Positions 29,691-39,160 of a DNA stretch of 64,000 nt are shown piece after piece. A program made the position numbers and the translations under genes. The notes beneath the pieces are model-generated. The model saw only the letters and a program-made list of their open reading frames with translations. It did not search any database and was not told the origin of the DNA. This DNA is from Planctomycetota bacterium (GTDB lineage: Bacteria; Planctomycetota; Brocadiia; JAADGH01), in contig JBFMAD010000002.1 of assembly GCA_040755855.1 (NCBI GenBank), positions 243,705 through 307,704 of the forward strand. The letters are read 5' to 3'. Position 1 is the first letter of the stretch, and every line of letters starts with the position of its first letter.

Positions 29691-31099
29691 TAAACCTCAA
29701 ACCCCTCCCCCAACTCCGGCACGATGACCTCCTCGATGGCGAGGCCGCGCATGTGGTCGGCCAAGGCGAGGGATTGGTCCTCCGCGCCGTGGACGATAAA
29801 TGCCTTCCGGATATGCCCGTCAACCGCCTTGAAGTAGTCGAGCAGGTCGTTCTTGTCGGCGTGGGCGCTCAAGGCGTTGAAGACGACGACCTCCGCGTTT
29901 ACATCGAACTTCTCGCCGAGGATCTTCACCCGCCGTTCGTGATCCACCAGGCGCTTGCCCAGCGTGTTCTCCGCCATGAAGCCGACGATCATCACCGTGT
30001 TGCGCTCATCCTCGATGTTGTTCTTCAGGTGGTGGAGGATGCGGCCGATTTCGCACATGCCCGATGAGGAGATGATGACGCACGGCGCCTTCCGGTCGTT
30101 GAGCTTCTTTGATTCCTCGACATCGCGGATGTATTGAATCTGCTCGAAGCCCATGCCATTTCCGAAGAGTCCGTTGGGGCCGGACCGCGTCAGCAGACGG
30201 CGGGCCTCCTCGTCGTAGCACTCGGCGTGCATCTTGAAGACCTCCGTCGCATTCACGGACAGGGGACTGTCCACAAAGACGGGGATGTGCGGTATCCGCT
30301 CGGCGAGCGCCAGCTTGTGGAGGAGATAGACCACATTCTGCGTGCGCCCCACGCTGAAGGCGGGGACGATGATCTTGCCCCCGCGCGAGACGGTCCGCCG
30401 CACCACGTCGGCGAATTTCTCCTCCATGCGCTCGGCAGGATCGTGAACGCGATTGCCGTAGGTGCTTTCGGTGATCAGCACGTCAATCGCTTTGACAATC
30501 TCCGGATCGCGGAGGATGGGCATGTTGGGGTGGCCCAGGTCGCCGGTGAAGGCGAGCCGGGTCTTGCGACCCTTTTCCTGAATCTCCAGGATGACGACCG
30601 CCGCCCCGAGGATGTGGCCCGCGTCGTAGAACATCCCTTCGACGCCCTCGGCCACCCAGAAGCGACGATGGTAGCCGAGGCCCACGAAGTGGCGCATCAC
30701 CTTCTCGGCGTCGGTCATCGTGTAGAGCGGGTCGAGCGGCTGTTCGCCCGTCTTGGCGGCCTTCTTCCGCAGATATTCGACATCGCGCTCCTGGATGTGC
30801 GCGCTGTCGCGGAGCATGATGCCGCACAGGTCGCGCGTGGCCGACGTGCAATAGATATTGTTGTTGAAGCCCTGAGCGTGGAGGATGGGCAGGTTGCCGC
30901 TGTGGTCAATGTGGGCATGTGAGAGGACGACAGCGCTGATCTCTGCGGGGTTGAAGGGGAAGCTCTTGTTCCGCTCATAGGCATCGAGCCGGTGGCCGTG
31001 GAACATGCCGCATTCCAACAGCACCTTGCTGTTGTTGACGTGAATGAGATGCCGTGAACCCGTGACATTCCGCACCGCGCCGAGAAACTCGATCCGCAT
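29690..31099 (-). CDS. MBL-fold beta-CASP ribonuclease
   Basis: VTGS, HAHIDH, AGHILG, ESTYG, FSVGRTQ, SGMC and SAHAD motifs. Confidence 0.93.
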   Translation of the reverse strand: MRIEFLGAVRNVTGSRHLIHVNNSKVLLECGMFHGHRLDAYERNKSFPFNPAEISAVVLSHAHIDHSGNLPILHAQGFNNNIYCTSATRDLCGIMLRDSAHIQERDVEYLRKKAAKTGEQPLDPLYTMTDAEKVMRHFVGLGYHRRFWVAEGVEGMFYDAGHILGAAVVILEIQEKGRKTRLAFTGDLGHPNMPILRDPEIVKAIDVLITESTYGNRVHDPAERMEEKFADVVRRTVSRGGKIIVPAFSVGRTQNVVYLLHKLALAERIPHIPVFVDSPLSVNATEVFKMHAECYDEEARRLLTRSGPNGLFGNGMGFEQIQYIRDVEESKKLNDRKAPCVIISSSGMCEIGRILHHLKNNIEDERNTVMIVGFMAENTLGKRLVDHERRVKILGEKFDVNAEVVVFNALSAHADKNDLLDYFKAVDGHIRKAFIVHGAEDQSLALADHMRGLAIEEVIVPELGEGFEV

Positions 31100-31168
31100 C
31101 CGTCACTCCACACTTCAAACGAACCCGCAAAACGCGGATAGTATACCACAAGCGCGCCCCGGAAGCCA

Positions 31169-34100
31169 CTACCTTGCGCGCACTTGCACGACCACGCCCA
31201 CATCCCGCTGCCCGATTTCCAGCTCGATGATCGCCTGGCCGTTCTCGATGCGCGGCGTGAGCGGCTGGTCGCGCCAGACGTCGCGGTAGGTCGCGCCGTC
31301 CACATGATCTACGGTCAGCACCCTCCCTCTGACCGTCCGGTAGCGCCCGTTCCAGAAGGTCCACACCGTCTCCTTCCGGCCGGGGAAGGCGTTGCAGTAG
31401 ACGCCGGGGCAGTCGCTGTCAACGAGCATGCGAGGGTTCATTGTGAGGAAGGCATCTTCGTGCGTCTTCAGAATGTTCGCGCACTTTTTCGTCAACGCGA
31501 ATGCGTCGGGGTCGTGTCCGTAGGAAAGCGTGTAGAGCGCTACGCCGTTGAACAGCGTGTGAATCAGGCCGTCATAGATGCCGTCGGACATGCCGCCGGC
31601 ATTCGTAATCATGAACGGCTTGAAATCGGGAAACGCAAACCTTGGCACGTTGGCAAACCCCGGCGAGAACTCCAAGCTCTCGTGCTTGTGGCAATACTGG
31701 TATGCGCCGTCCAGGTGCGGGATCACGATGTCGCACGGGACATGCTCGGTGTAGAGGGCGACGTCCTTCGGCAGCGCGCCGCGGACCTTCGTGAAGAGCG
31801 CCTTGCACCCGGCGATTGTCGTCGCGGGGACCGCGTGGCCGTGGTCTTTGCTCCAGCAGTAATACTGCGGCATGTCCCCGCCGCCCTCGTCCAAGTAGAT
31901 CCCGTCGCAGCCGGTCTCCTTCACGACGCGGGCGCATGTCTCGGCCATGTAGTCAATCCACCCCTGCTGCGCGAGGCACATGTTGTACATCGGATCTTCC
32001 TCGGTGGAATAGCCGTCGCCGAGCTGCCCCATCTGTTTTCGGGTGCACCACTCTTCGCCGTGTTTCTGCCCGATGAGCGACTTCTTGCTCATGAGAAAGC
32101 AGTCGAGGTAGAGGCCGACGCGGATGCCCTTCCCGTGCAGAAAGTCAATCATCCGCCGAAATCCGTCGAGGCCGCCGATGGCGTCGTAGTGCCGGTAGTC
32201 GCCCCATCGGCCGTACTTCTCCGAGATGCGCCAGTCGAAGAAGTGCATGTAGTCCACATGGCCGAACTTCTCCATTTCCATTTCATACATTTCGTTATTG
32301 CGAATTGCCTTCGTTTTCTCATCCAGCCAGGCGTACTGGGGGTACTTGTCAACGCGAAACCAATGCGTGCGGAGGTGCCAGATGCGGCGATACCAGTCAA
32401 TCCGCGGGACCTGCGGTTTGTACCACGTGGCGATCCACTTCTGGTTCCGGTCAAAGGCCGCATGCCAGTCGCCGGCGTGCAGGCCGATGACGGCAGGCGG
32501 GAACTCCTGCCATTTGTCCGCCGGCAGGTCAAGGGCGATATATTCGACCTTCGCGATTGTGACCCCCTTCTCCTTGCCCGCTTCATACCATCGGTGGACG
32601 GCGTCGCGTGTGCGCGTGCCGACATAGAGTCCACCGCCGATTCGCCGGTCGTAGAAGTCCATCCACTGCAAGACATAGCGGTGGCCGTAGCCGTCTCGAA
32701 AGACTTGGTCCCGGTTGCTCAGGACGAGGGACGTGTGGGGCAGGGCATACCACAAGTCGTCCGGGTGGTCGGGGATCGTCAAGGCGATCTCGGGGAAGAC
32801 CACACGGAGCTGACGTGTCTTGTCATCAGCATTGCGGACCCGGAGATGCAGGAGTATCTCACCATCCACCGGGAGATCTATGGTCAGCTCGGCATCGAGC
32901 TTCGCCTCGGCGCAATGCAACTTGACAGTCACATTTTTGTCCGTGACATGGATCGGTTCAGTCTGCTTGAACGCTTCGCCCGTCCATGTCGTTTCACCTT
33001 CGCGAATCGAAAACAGGGGGCGAGGCACTGCCTGCAGTCGGCAGTCGAGAACGGGAAGTTCGAGCGATGAAACACCACACCCCTTCGCGAGGTCGAAGGC
33101 CACGTCCCCGTCGGACCCGCCAACCACGGTCCCGCTCTTGTCGTCGCGAACATGTGGCTTGCTTGCAAACGCAACGCCGTTCTGCGGCGTCGGACAAAGG
33201 TCGGCATAGAGGTCCGGGATGGTGGTTTTGCTGCCGAGCGTTGCAGCGATGAGATAGAACCCGCCGAAGACCATGCCGTCGCGAATCTCCATCTGCTTGA
33301 TTTGCCTCTCCGGATCAGCGGCCACAGCGTAGGCGTGGATACCCCGCCATACGCCATGCTTCTGCTGGTCAATGCAGTAGGGCATCTGTTCCTCCGCCGC
33401 GCCGTCGGCGTAGGTCAGCTTCACGGAGAAGCGCAACGGCGAGTCAATGGACTCGCCCGGCTCCCAGCCGGGGTATGTCAGAATACGGTACGGAAGCTGC
33501 GCTCCCATCAGCAGATACACCTCTCTCGCCGACTGCCCTATCGGCACGGTCGCCGTCCCCGTCTCCTTGTAGGGCGTCGCGGCGGCAACCTTCCCCTCTG
33601 TCTTCGCGGCAAATGGGAGGCCCGCGACAAGCACGCGATCCTTCCTGAACCAATCGGCCACGGCCAGGTCCTTCTGGACCGCCGTTAAGTCGGTAGTCAG
33701 TGTGCCGCTGATGTCAATCGGCTGGCCCACTGCATCATCGGCGCCGGCTTTCCATGCCGCATGATCCGAGATCGGGACCGGGTAGGGTTCGCGCGATATT
33801 GCCAGAAGCGAAATTTCCAGCGTACCCTCCAGCTTCGGCAGGGAGGCGAACCGGACGATCATGCAGTTCAGCTTGCCGTGGTCGTTGAGCGTCGTGGTGA
33901 TCGTGTGCCACTGCCCATCGTGCTTCAGGTCTTTCGGGAAAAAAACGATGTTCTTTCGATAATCAATTCGCTTGCCGCAACGCATGAAAAGGAAGTACGA
34001 CTGGAGGTCCGGATCGGTGTTTTGCAGGCGGTAGCGCATCGTGATGTATCGGAACTTCGCCAGGTCGAGTTCCGGGTTGAAGTATCGCAGCCAGAGCATC

Positions 34101-34297
34101 GTGCCATCGGCGGCGTGGAACGTCGCCACGCCGTCGGCGAATTGGTGCGACCACGTCTTTGCCTTGTCCAACGGCGCCCATGCGGGGGTTGCCGTCCAGC
34201 CGCCTTCGGGCTTCAGCGAGATCGTCTGGTCCTGCGCGAGTGATGTGGCCGAGAGGCAGACAGCAACGACCAGCCACACGGCGGGGTATCGTTTCAT
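31169..34297 (-). CDS. Large secreted putative glycoside hydrolase (DUF6259-like TIM barrel)
   Basis: Signal peptide MKRYPAVWL; H.GDWH, GIRVGLY, GCDGIYLDE and LYTE motifs. Confidence 0.6.
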   Translation of the reverse strand: MKRYPAVWLVVAVCLSATSLAQDQTISLKPEGGWTATPAWAPLDKAKTWSHQFADGVATFHAADGTMLWLRYFNPELDLAKFRYITMRYRLQNTDPDLQSYFLFMRCGKRIDYRKNIVFFPKDLKHDGQWHTITTTLNDHGKLNCMIVRFASLPKLEGTLEISLLAISREPYPVPISDHAAWKAGADDAVGQPIDISGTLTTDLTAVQKDLAVADWFRKDRVLVAGLPFAAKTEGKVAAATPYKETGTATVPIGQSAREVYLLMGAQLPYRILTYPGWEPGESIDSPLRFSVKLTYADGAAEEQMPYCIDQQKHGVWRGIHAYAVAADPERQIKQMEIRDGMVFGGFYLIAATLGSKTTIPDLYADLCPTPQNGVAFASKPHVRDDKSGTVVGGSDGDVAFDLAKGCGVSSLELPVLDCRLQAVPRPLFSIREGETTWTGEAFKQTEPIHVTDKNVTVKLHCAEAKLDAELTIDLPVDGEILLHLRVRNADDKTRQLRVVFPEIALTIPDHPDDLWYALPHTSLVLSNRDQVFRDGYGHRYVLQWMDFYDRRIGGGLYVGTRTRDAVHRWYEAGKEKGVTIAKVEYIALDLPADKWQEFPPAVIGLHAGDWHAAFDRNQKWIATWYKPQVPRIDWYRRIWHLRTHWFRVDKYPQYAWLDEKTKAIRNNEMYEMEMEKFGHVDYMHFFDWRISEKYGRWGDYRHYDAIGGLDGFRRMIDFLHGKGIRVGLYLDCFLMSKKSLIGQKHGEEWCTRKQMGQLGDGYSTEEDPMYNMCLAQQGWIDYMAETCARVVKETGCDGIYLDEGGGDMPQYYCWSKDHGHAVPATTIAGCKALFTKVRGALPKDVALYTEHVPCDIVIPHLDGAYQYCHKHESLEFSPGFANVPRFAFPDFKPFMITNAGGMSDGIYDGLIHTLFNGVALYTLSYGHDPDAFALTKKCANILKTHEDAFLTMNPRMLVDSDCPGVYCNAFPGRKETVWTFWNGRYRTVRGRVLTVDHVDGATYRDVWRDQPLTPRIENGQAIIELEIGQRDVGVVVQVRAR

Positions 34298-34390
34298 GGT
34301 TAGTCCCTCGACAGATTTCCCTTGTCCGTAGGGCATTATATCTTAAAACAAAACCACCAGAAGGTTGAGGGTTCTGTCGGAAACGGAAGA

Positions 34391-35824
34391 CTACTCCACC
34401 TCCGGCGGCGCGGCCCCGTAGGTCCAGGAGGCGCTCCATGGCGGGGCCGGCTTCGGCTCAGGGACCTTGCCCGGCGACATCGAGTTCGCCAGCTCGACGC
34501 ACGCCTTGGCGATGCGTGTGCCGCTGCCGACCTCCAGGTTGCTGTAACTGGACAGCCGCGTCTCATACCCGCCGCCGTGTTTGCCCATGGCGTCCTCGGT
34601 GGGGATGTAGCCGACGCAGTCGTTGGCCAGCTCCACGGGGTAGGTGAAGGGGAACTTGCTGCCGGCCTTGATGTCCAGTCCATACTGGCAGAAGTATTCC
34701 GCCGGGTTCGCCAGGAACACCGCCGCGCCGACCTGGATCACCTGAACCTCGACATCGGCCTCCGGCTCCTTTTCAATCAAGGCGTCGAGGATGACGATCT
34801 CCTTGGCGAAGGTCCATTCCGTCGCGTCCACCTTGCTTCGATCGTGCATGGAGATCTCGATGCACTTGCGCACCCGCTCGGGATTCGGCTTGCGGCGTTT
34901 GAAGCGCAGCGTCTTTGTGCGGAAGTCCACCGGCGTCAGCTCGCCCGGCTCCACGGTGAGGAGCACCTTCACCGCCTCCGCGCCGACGCGCCCGCCGACG
35001 AACTGCGCCGACCGCTCGCCCGCCCGGCGAACATACGGAGTCAGGTTGTCCACCTGCGTCACGTCGCCGCAAGCGCCGTTGAGGAAGACGACGACGGCCT
35101 GCTGCCCCATGACGCCGCGGATCGTCTGCTCCAGGTAATATATCCAGTCGGCCGACGTCCCGCCCGGGCCGGTAGTGCCGTGGCAGGCGTAGTTCACGAC
35201 GCAACCGAGTAGCTTGCCGTCCGCCCCCCACGCGCCGAGGACGCCGACCTCGGGGTCTATAGGCCCTGCGGGCTCGACGATGTCGGGATTCCCCTGGCCG
35301 GGGTGGGTGAAGGAGAGACCGTTCTTCATGCGGAAGCGACGGTTGAAGGCGACTTGGTCCTCGCGGCCCGATCCGACGCCGCACCGGGCCTCGACGCGAT
35401 TCCTGTCCGCCTCGCAAACGGCCTCGATGAGCGCCTTCTCCACGAATTCGAGATAGGCCGCGTCGGCGCAGGAGGAGAGTTCGTAGGCCAGTTTCTGGAC
35501 GAACGCCGAGGCATGGTCGAACTGTCCCGGCTGAATCATGCCGACGGGGCCGGCGGAGTGGGAGTGCGATGCGCCGATCAGGACCGCCTCGGGGGCGATG
35601 CCGCATTTCGCCTGAAGGCCTTTGCGCACGGCCTCGACCAACGGCCGATAGACGAAGAGCGCGTCAATGCCGACGAGGGCGACGCGCTTCCGTCCGTCGT
35701 CGAAAACCGATGCGCGCACCTTGCACGGGTCGTGCATCTCCTTGTGGAACGCCTTGCCGTAGCCGCCGGGTTTTTCCATGCCGGCTTTTGGGGTGATGTC
35801 TCTCTCCGCAAAGCCTGCTTTCAT
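34391..35824 (-). CDS. Neutral/alkaline ceramidase-like amidohydrolase
   Basis: AGFAERDITP, SHSHSAG, NRR, NYACH, GACGD, PAEYF and GYIPT motifs. Confidence 0.75.
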   Translation of the reverse strand: MKAGFAERDITPKAGMEKPGGYGKAFHKEMHDPCKVRASVFDDGRKRVALVGIDALFVYRPLVEAVRKGLQAKCGIAPEAVLIGASHSHSAGPVGMIQPGQFDHASAFVQKLAYELSSCADAAYLEFVEKALIEAVCEADRNRVEARCGVGSGREDQVAFNRRFRMKNGLSFTHPGQGNPDIVEPAGPIDPEVGVLGAWGADGKLLGCVVNYACHGTTGPGGTSADWIYYLEQTIRGVMGQQAVVVFLNGACGDVTQVDNLTPYVRRAGERSAQFVGGRVGAEAVKVLLTVEPGELTPVDFRTKTLRFKRRKPNPERVRKCIEISMHDRSKVDATEWTFAKEIVILDALIEKEPEADVEVQVIQVGAAVFLANPAEYFCQYGLDIKAGSKFPFTYPVELANDCVGYIPTEDAMGKHGGGYETRLSSYSNLEVGSGTRIAKACVELANSMSPGKVPEPKPAPPWSASWTYGAAPPEVE

Positions 35825-36142
35825 CGCTGATCCTTTCTTCTGACAACATCGCTATCTCGATCCTACTGTACGCTACCCTCTTGCCTCGCAGAAATCAAGG
35901 GGGTGTCATCTCATCGTAATGCTTCCGATGGTGTGAAGAAATTTGCAGCCCCGCGTCCTGCCGGGCTTCAGCCTGCGGGCCGATCCGCGGCGCTCCTGTG
36001 CATCCATAAAGAGTGAAGGGGCGCGCCTGCAATTTTTTCACGCCTTCCGGGGTATCACATTCTTCTTGCCTTTGGACTTGAACACATCTATCGGCGAGGA
36101 TATAATAATGTAAGCGAATTCTGTGTGTGCATCGTGAGTGCC

Positions 36143-37552
36143 ATGGACGCAACCATCTATTGTGGAAAATGCGGAAAACAGCTTGAAGTAGCGGAATTCG
36201 GCAAGGGGAAGCAAACGAAATGTGTCCGGTGCGGGGTGAATGTCCCTGTGCCCGGTTCGAGACCGATTGAACCGCAAATCCGGCTGTTTTGCTCCCAGTG
36301 CGGGGGACGCCTGGCCGCCCCGGCCTCCCACGCGGGGGAGGATATGATCTGCCCAAGCTGCCGGCTCTCTATCACCCTCCCGCAAGTGGACTCCTCGAGC
36401 GGGGGCGCTGGCGACACTCAGCCTCTGCTGCCCGCTGCGCAAAAGGGGGATACGGAAGCCATCCCCTCTTTGAAACCGTCAGGCCCCGAGACGCCTCCCG
36501 TCCATTTTCAAGCACCCGATATGGGAGGAGACGTCACACCGGCCTCTCCCGCCCTCGCCGCGGAAATCGCAAATAGCGAGACGCGCGCCATTGACATCGA
36601 GGAACTATCCTCGGAAGCGGCGAAGGCCCCGGCGCCGGGAGATCTGGAGGGACCCGCCGTCCAGGACGGCGACACGCGCGCCGTCAGCGTCGGCCCGGCC
36701 CCGTCGGCGGGGACCCGCCCCGCTTCCCCCGACCCGTCGCCTGCACAGGCGCAAATAGAGGACGACGAGGGCGAGGTCGTCGAGCTCGCAGACGAACGCG
36801 CCCGATGGATGGACCGGCTCTTAGACGAGTTCGTCGAGAAACACCACGGGGAGTGGAAGACGGGCGACCTGATCCTCCTTTCCGAGCGCCTGAGCCGCGT
36901 GGGATACCGCTATCTGGATATCGTCGCGCTGAACGCTCAACTCCAGAAGAAGAAGGAGGCCTACAACACCACCACGGAGAAGAACCTCAAGGCGCTCCAG
37001 GAGGAGAACAAGCTCGAGGAATTCGTGGACAAGCAGATGGGCCGATGGAGCGACAAGGAGCTGGCCGAATTTCTGGTGCAGGTTAAGGCGGCGGGGCGCT
37101 GGCCCCTCAAGCTGCCAATGGTCAACAAGGTCCTGGAGGACTTCCGGCGCCCGTGGAAGGTCAAGATGGCCGCCAACCTGAAACGGCTGGTCAAGGATGG
37201 CGTCCTCAGGGAATACATCGAGTCGCGCAGCGGAGGGTGGACGCAGGACGGCTGGAAGGACCTGATGAAGCAACTCGTTGACAAGGGCTACGCCCCCTTC
37301 GACCCCACCTCCGTCGCTATGGCCCTTCGGAAGGAGCTGACCCTCCGGGCGCGCGAAAACCTGACCCGCCTCCAGAAAAACGGCGTCCTCGCCGACTTCG
37401 TCGCCGCCCACAAAGGCGACTGGACCCGGGAGGACATGCAGAAACTGCTGGCCCGCATCGAGAAGGATGGCTACGCGCCCATCGTCAACCTGGGCGAGGC
37501 GCTCGACGTCGCGCGCGAACGCTGGTCGCAGCAAAACGCGCCCCCATCATAA
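36143..37552 (+). CDS. Double zinc-ribbon protein with Pro/Ala linker and four ~60-aa helical repeats
   Basis: CGKC..CVRC and CSQC..CPSC; repeats of L.(E/D)(F/Y)(V/I)....G.W. Confidence 0.8.
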   Translation: MDATIYCGKCGKQLEVAEFGKGKQTKCVRCGVNVPVPGSRPIEPQIRLFCSQCGGRLAAPASHAGEDMICPSCRLSITLPQVDSSSGGAGDTQPLLPAAQKGDTEAIPSLKPSGPETPPVHFQAPDMGGDVTPASPALAAEIANSETRAIDIEELSSEAAKAPAPGDLEGPAVQDGDTRAVSVGPAPSAGTRPASPDPSPAQAQIEDDEGEVVELADERARWMDRLLDEFVEKHHGEWKTGDLILLSERLSRVGYRYLDIVALNAQLQKKKEAYNTTTEKNLKALQEENKLEEFVDKQMGRWSDKELAEFLVQVKAAGRWPLKLPMVNKVLEDFRRPWKVKMAANLKRLVKDGVLREYIESRSGGWTQDGWKDLMKQLVDKGYAPFDPTSVAMALRKELTLRARENLTRLQKNGVLADFVAAHKGDWTREDMQKLLARIEKDGYAPIVNLGEALDVARERWSQQNAPPS

Positions 37553-37720
37553 CCCGGTCCCGACTGGACGCAGATCGCCCTGCCGTGGGACCAGTTCAAA
37601 CTTGAGGGGAAACAGACGCCATCCTTCGACATGCTCTCCGCCCGCCTCGGCCAGCTCCGCCTCCGCACCCCGGAGGGGGCGGATGTGCAGATTGATGACA
37701 TCTGCACGATGACCGAGTGA
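37553..37720 (+). pseudogene. Start-less gene fragment resembling a CBM11/CIA30-like C-terminus
   Basis: PGPDWTQIALPWDQFKLEG...VQIDDICTMTE*, with coding-like codon usage, in frame after the TAA at 37552. Confidence 0.45.
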
Positions 37721-37800
37721 AGCCGTAAGCAAACCCACCTGCAATACATCATGGGGGCAGTTGCTCTCCCCCGGGGGAAAAGAAAAAAACCAAAAACCCC

Positions 37801-37828
37801 TTGACTTTATCCGCTCTGCTGTTATACT
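37801..37828 (+). promoter_or_regulatory. Sigma70-type promoter of the island operon
   Basis: TTGACT-16 bp-TATACT preceded by an A-rich UP-like tract. Confidence 0.55.
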
Positions 37829-37866
37829 GTATTATAGTCTGTAACTAATATAGGAGAGAATAGGAA

Positions 37867-38457
37867 ATGCCAGAACAAGCGAATGATGCGTTAAAACAGG
37901 TCTTACAACTGTTTTCCGAGGCAAAAGAAGCTCTGCTATCCGAAGGAAAACGGCGAGCAGGAGAGGCCGCAGACTGGGAAATGGCCAAAATGCTTTTTAG
38001 CATTGCGGAGGCGACGGATGACCTCCGGCGGCAGGCGTCGGAGATATTGGACGGAAAACCCGAACCGGTGCAGACTCCGGCAGTTAGGGACGTGGCTCGG
38101 AAGGGCGAAAGACTCCCGAAAAAGGAATACCCGAAGTTCTTCATCCGGGGCAACATGCTGGTGAAACAGGGATTAACGCGCAACCGCAAGGAGACCTACG
38201 AGCACACCGTGTCGAAGGAACACTTTGATTCGATTGTAGCCATGCTCGCTGAGGAAGCAAAGAACCGGACGGAATTCCTCGGTCCCGCCCTAGCCGAGAA
38301 GGCCAATTGCGCCCCCTACGAATTTTATGTCGTTCTCGCATGGCTGAAACACGTCGGCTTGGTCGAAACCCAAAGACGCGGGCAATACCGCTTTGTTTCG
38401 CCGAACAGCCTTGAATCTGATGCTCACGCTCGATGGAAGCAAGAAGAAAATGCTTGA
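37867..38457 (+). CDS. Hypothetical protein with probable C-terminal winged helix
   Basis: RBS present; YVVLAWLKHVGLVETQRRGQYRF resembles a wHTH recognition helix and wing. Confidence 0.75.
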   Translation: MPEQANDALKQVLQLFSEAKEALLSEGKRRAGEAADWEMAKMLFSIAEATDDLRRQASEILDGKPEPVQTPAVRDVARKGERLPKKEYPKFFIRGNMLVKQGLTRNRKETYEHTVSKEHFDSIVAMLAEEAKNRTEFLGPALAEKANCAPYEFYVVLAWLKHVGLVETQRRGQYRFVSPNSLESDAHARWKQEENA

Positions 38458-38515
38458 AGCGTAATTGAAAGTCACACACGCGATCTTTCCCGGATAGAAT
38501 GGAGTTTGCCGGTTA

Positions 38516-39142
38516 ATGGAAAAAAAACTAAAAGCACTCGAAGAATTTGATTCCTCCTGTTACGAGGCAATTGACCTCGATAGGCTGGTCATCTATACGG
38601 CCGTAGAACTTGAAAAGGTCGGAGTTACACTTTTCCTTGAAAACATCGTTGTGGCGGCCTTCAGGCTTTTCCCCAAGAAGTTTTCCTTGCCCGGATACCC
38701 CGAGTACCCCGACTCAGCACGGGTTGAAAAAAGCTTGTGGCGTAGCAGGGGGAAGAGAAGGCGGTGGATAGGAGGCAAGACGCCACATGGATATTTGATC
38801 ACCGACGTGACGAAATTGGTCGCTGCGCAAACCGCCGAAGAATTATCTGGTGTTAGTGCACCGAAACCAACCATCGCCTCCCGGTTGCGAAGGAGAGAGG
38901 CAATTCTGAGAGAGGTTACGAACTCACCTGCATATCAAAAATATGTGGATGGCAGAGTCGAGATGATCTCTCGGTCCGATTTCTGTTACCTATTGCAGGG
39001 CACATTGGATTCTTCGAAAGACACCTTAAGAGATAATCTTCTCTCACTCAAAGAATTTGCTCGAGAACTTGGACGCATGGATTTGTTGAAATTTTTGGAC
39101 GGCTTGGAAGATCGTTTCAAGGATTTTTTGGGCAACAAGTAA
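38516..39142 (+). CDS. Hypothetical protein with probable N-terminal winged helix
   Basis: AT-richer 208-aa ORF in the operon; IVVAAFRLFPKKFSL.GYPEYPD...WIGG...GYLIT. Confidence 0.75.
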   Translation: MEKKLKALEEFDSSCYEAIDLDRLVIYTAVELEKVGVTLFLENIVVAAFRLFPKKFSLPGYPEYPDSARVEKSLWRSRGKRRRWIGGKTPHGYLITDVTKLVAAQTAEELSGVSAPKPTIASRLRRREAILREVTNSPAYQKYVDGRVEMISRSDFCYLLQGTLDSSKDTLRDNLLSLKEFARELGRMDLLKFLDGLEDRFKDFLGNK

Positions 39143-39160
39143 AAGAACAGGAGAGCCTTA

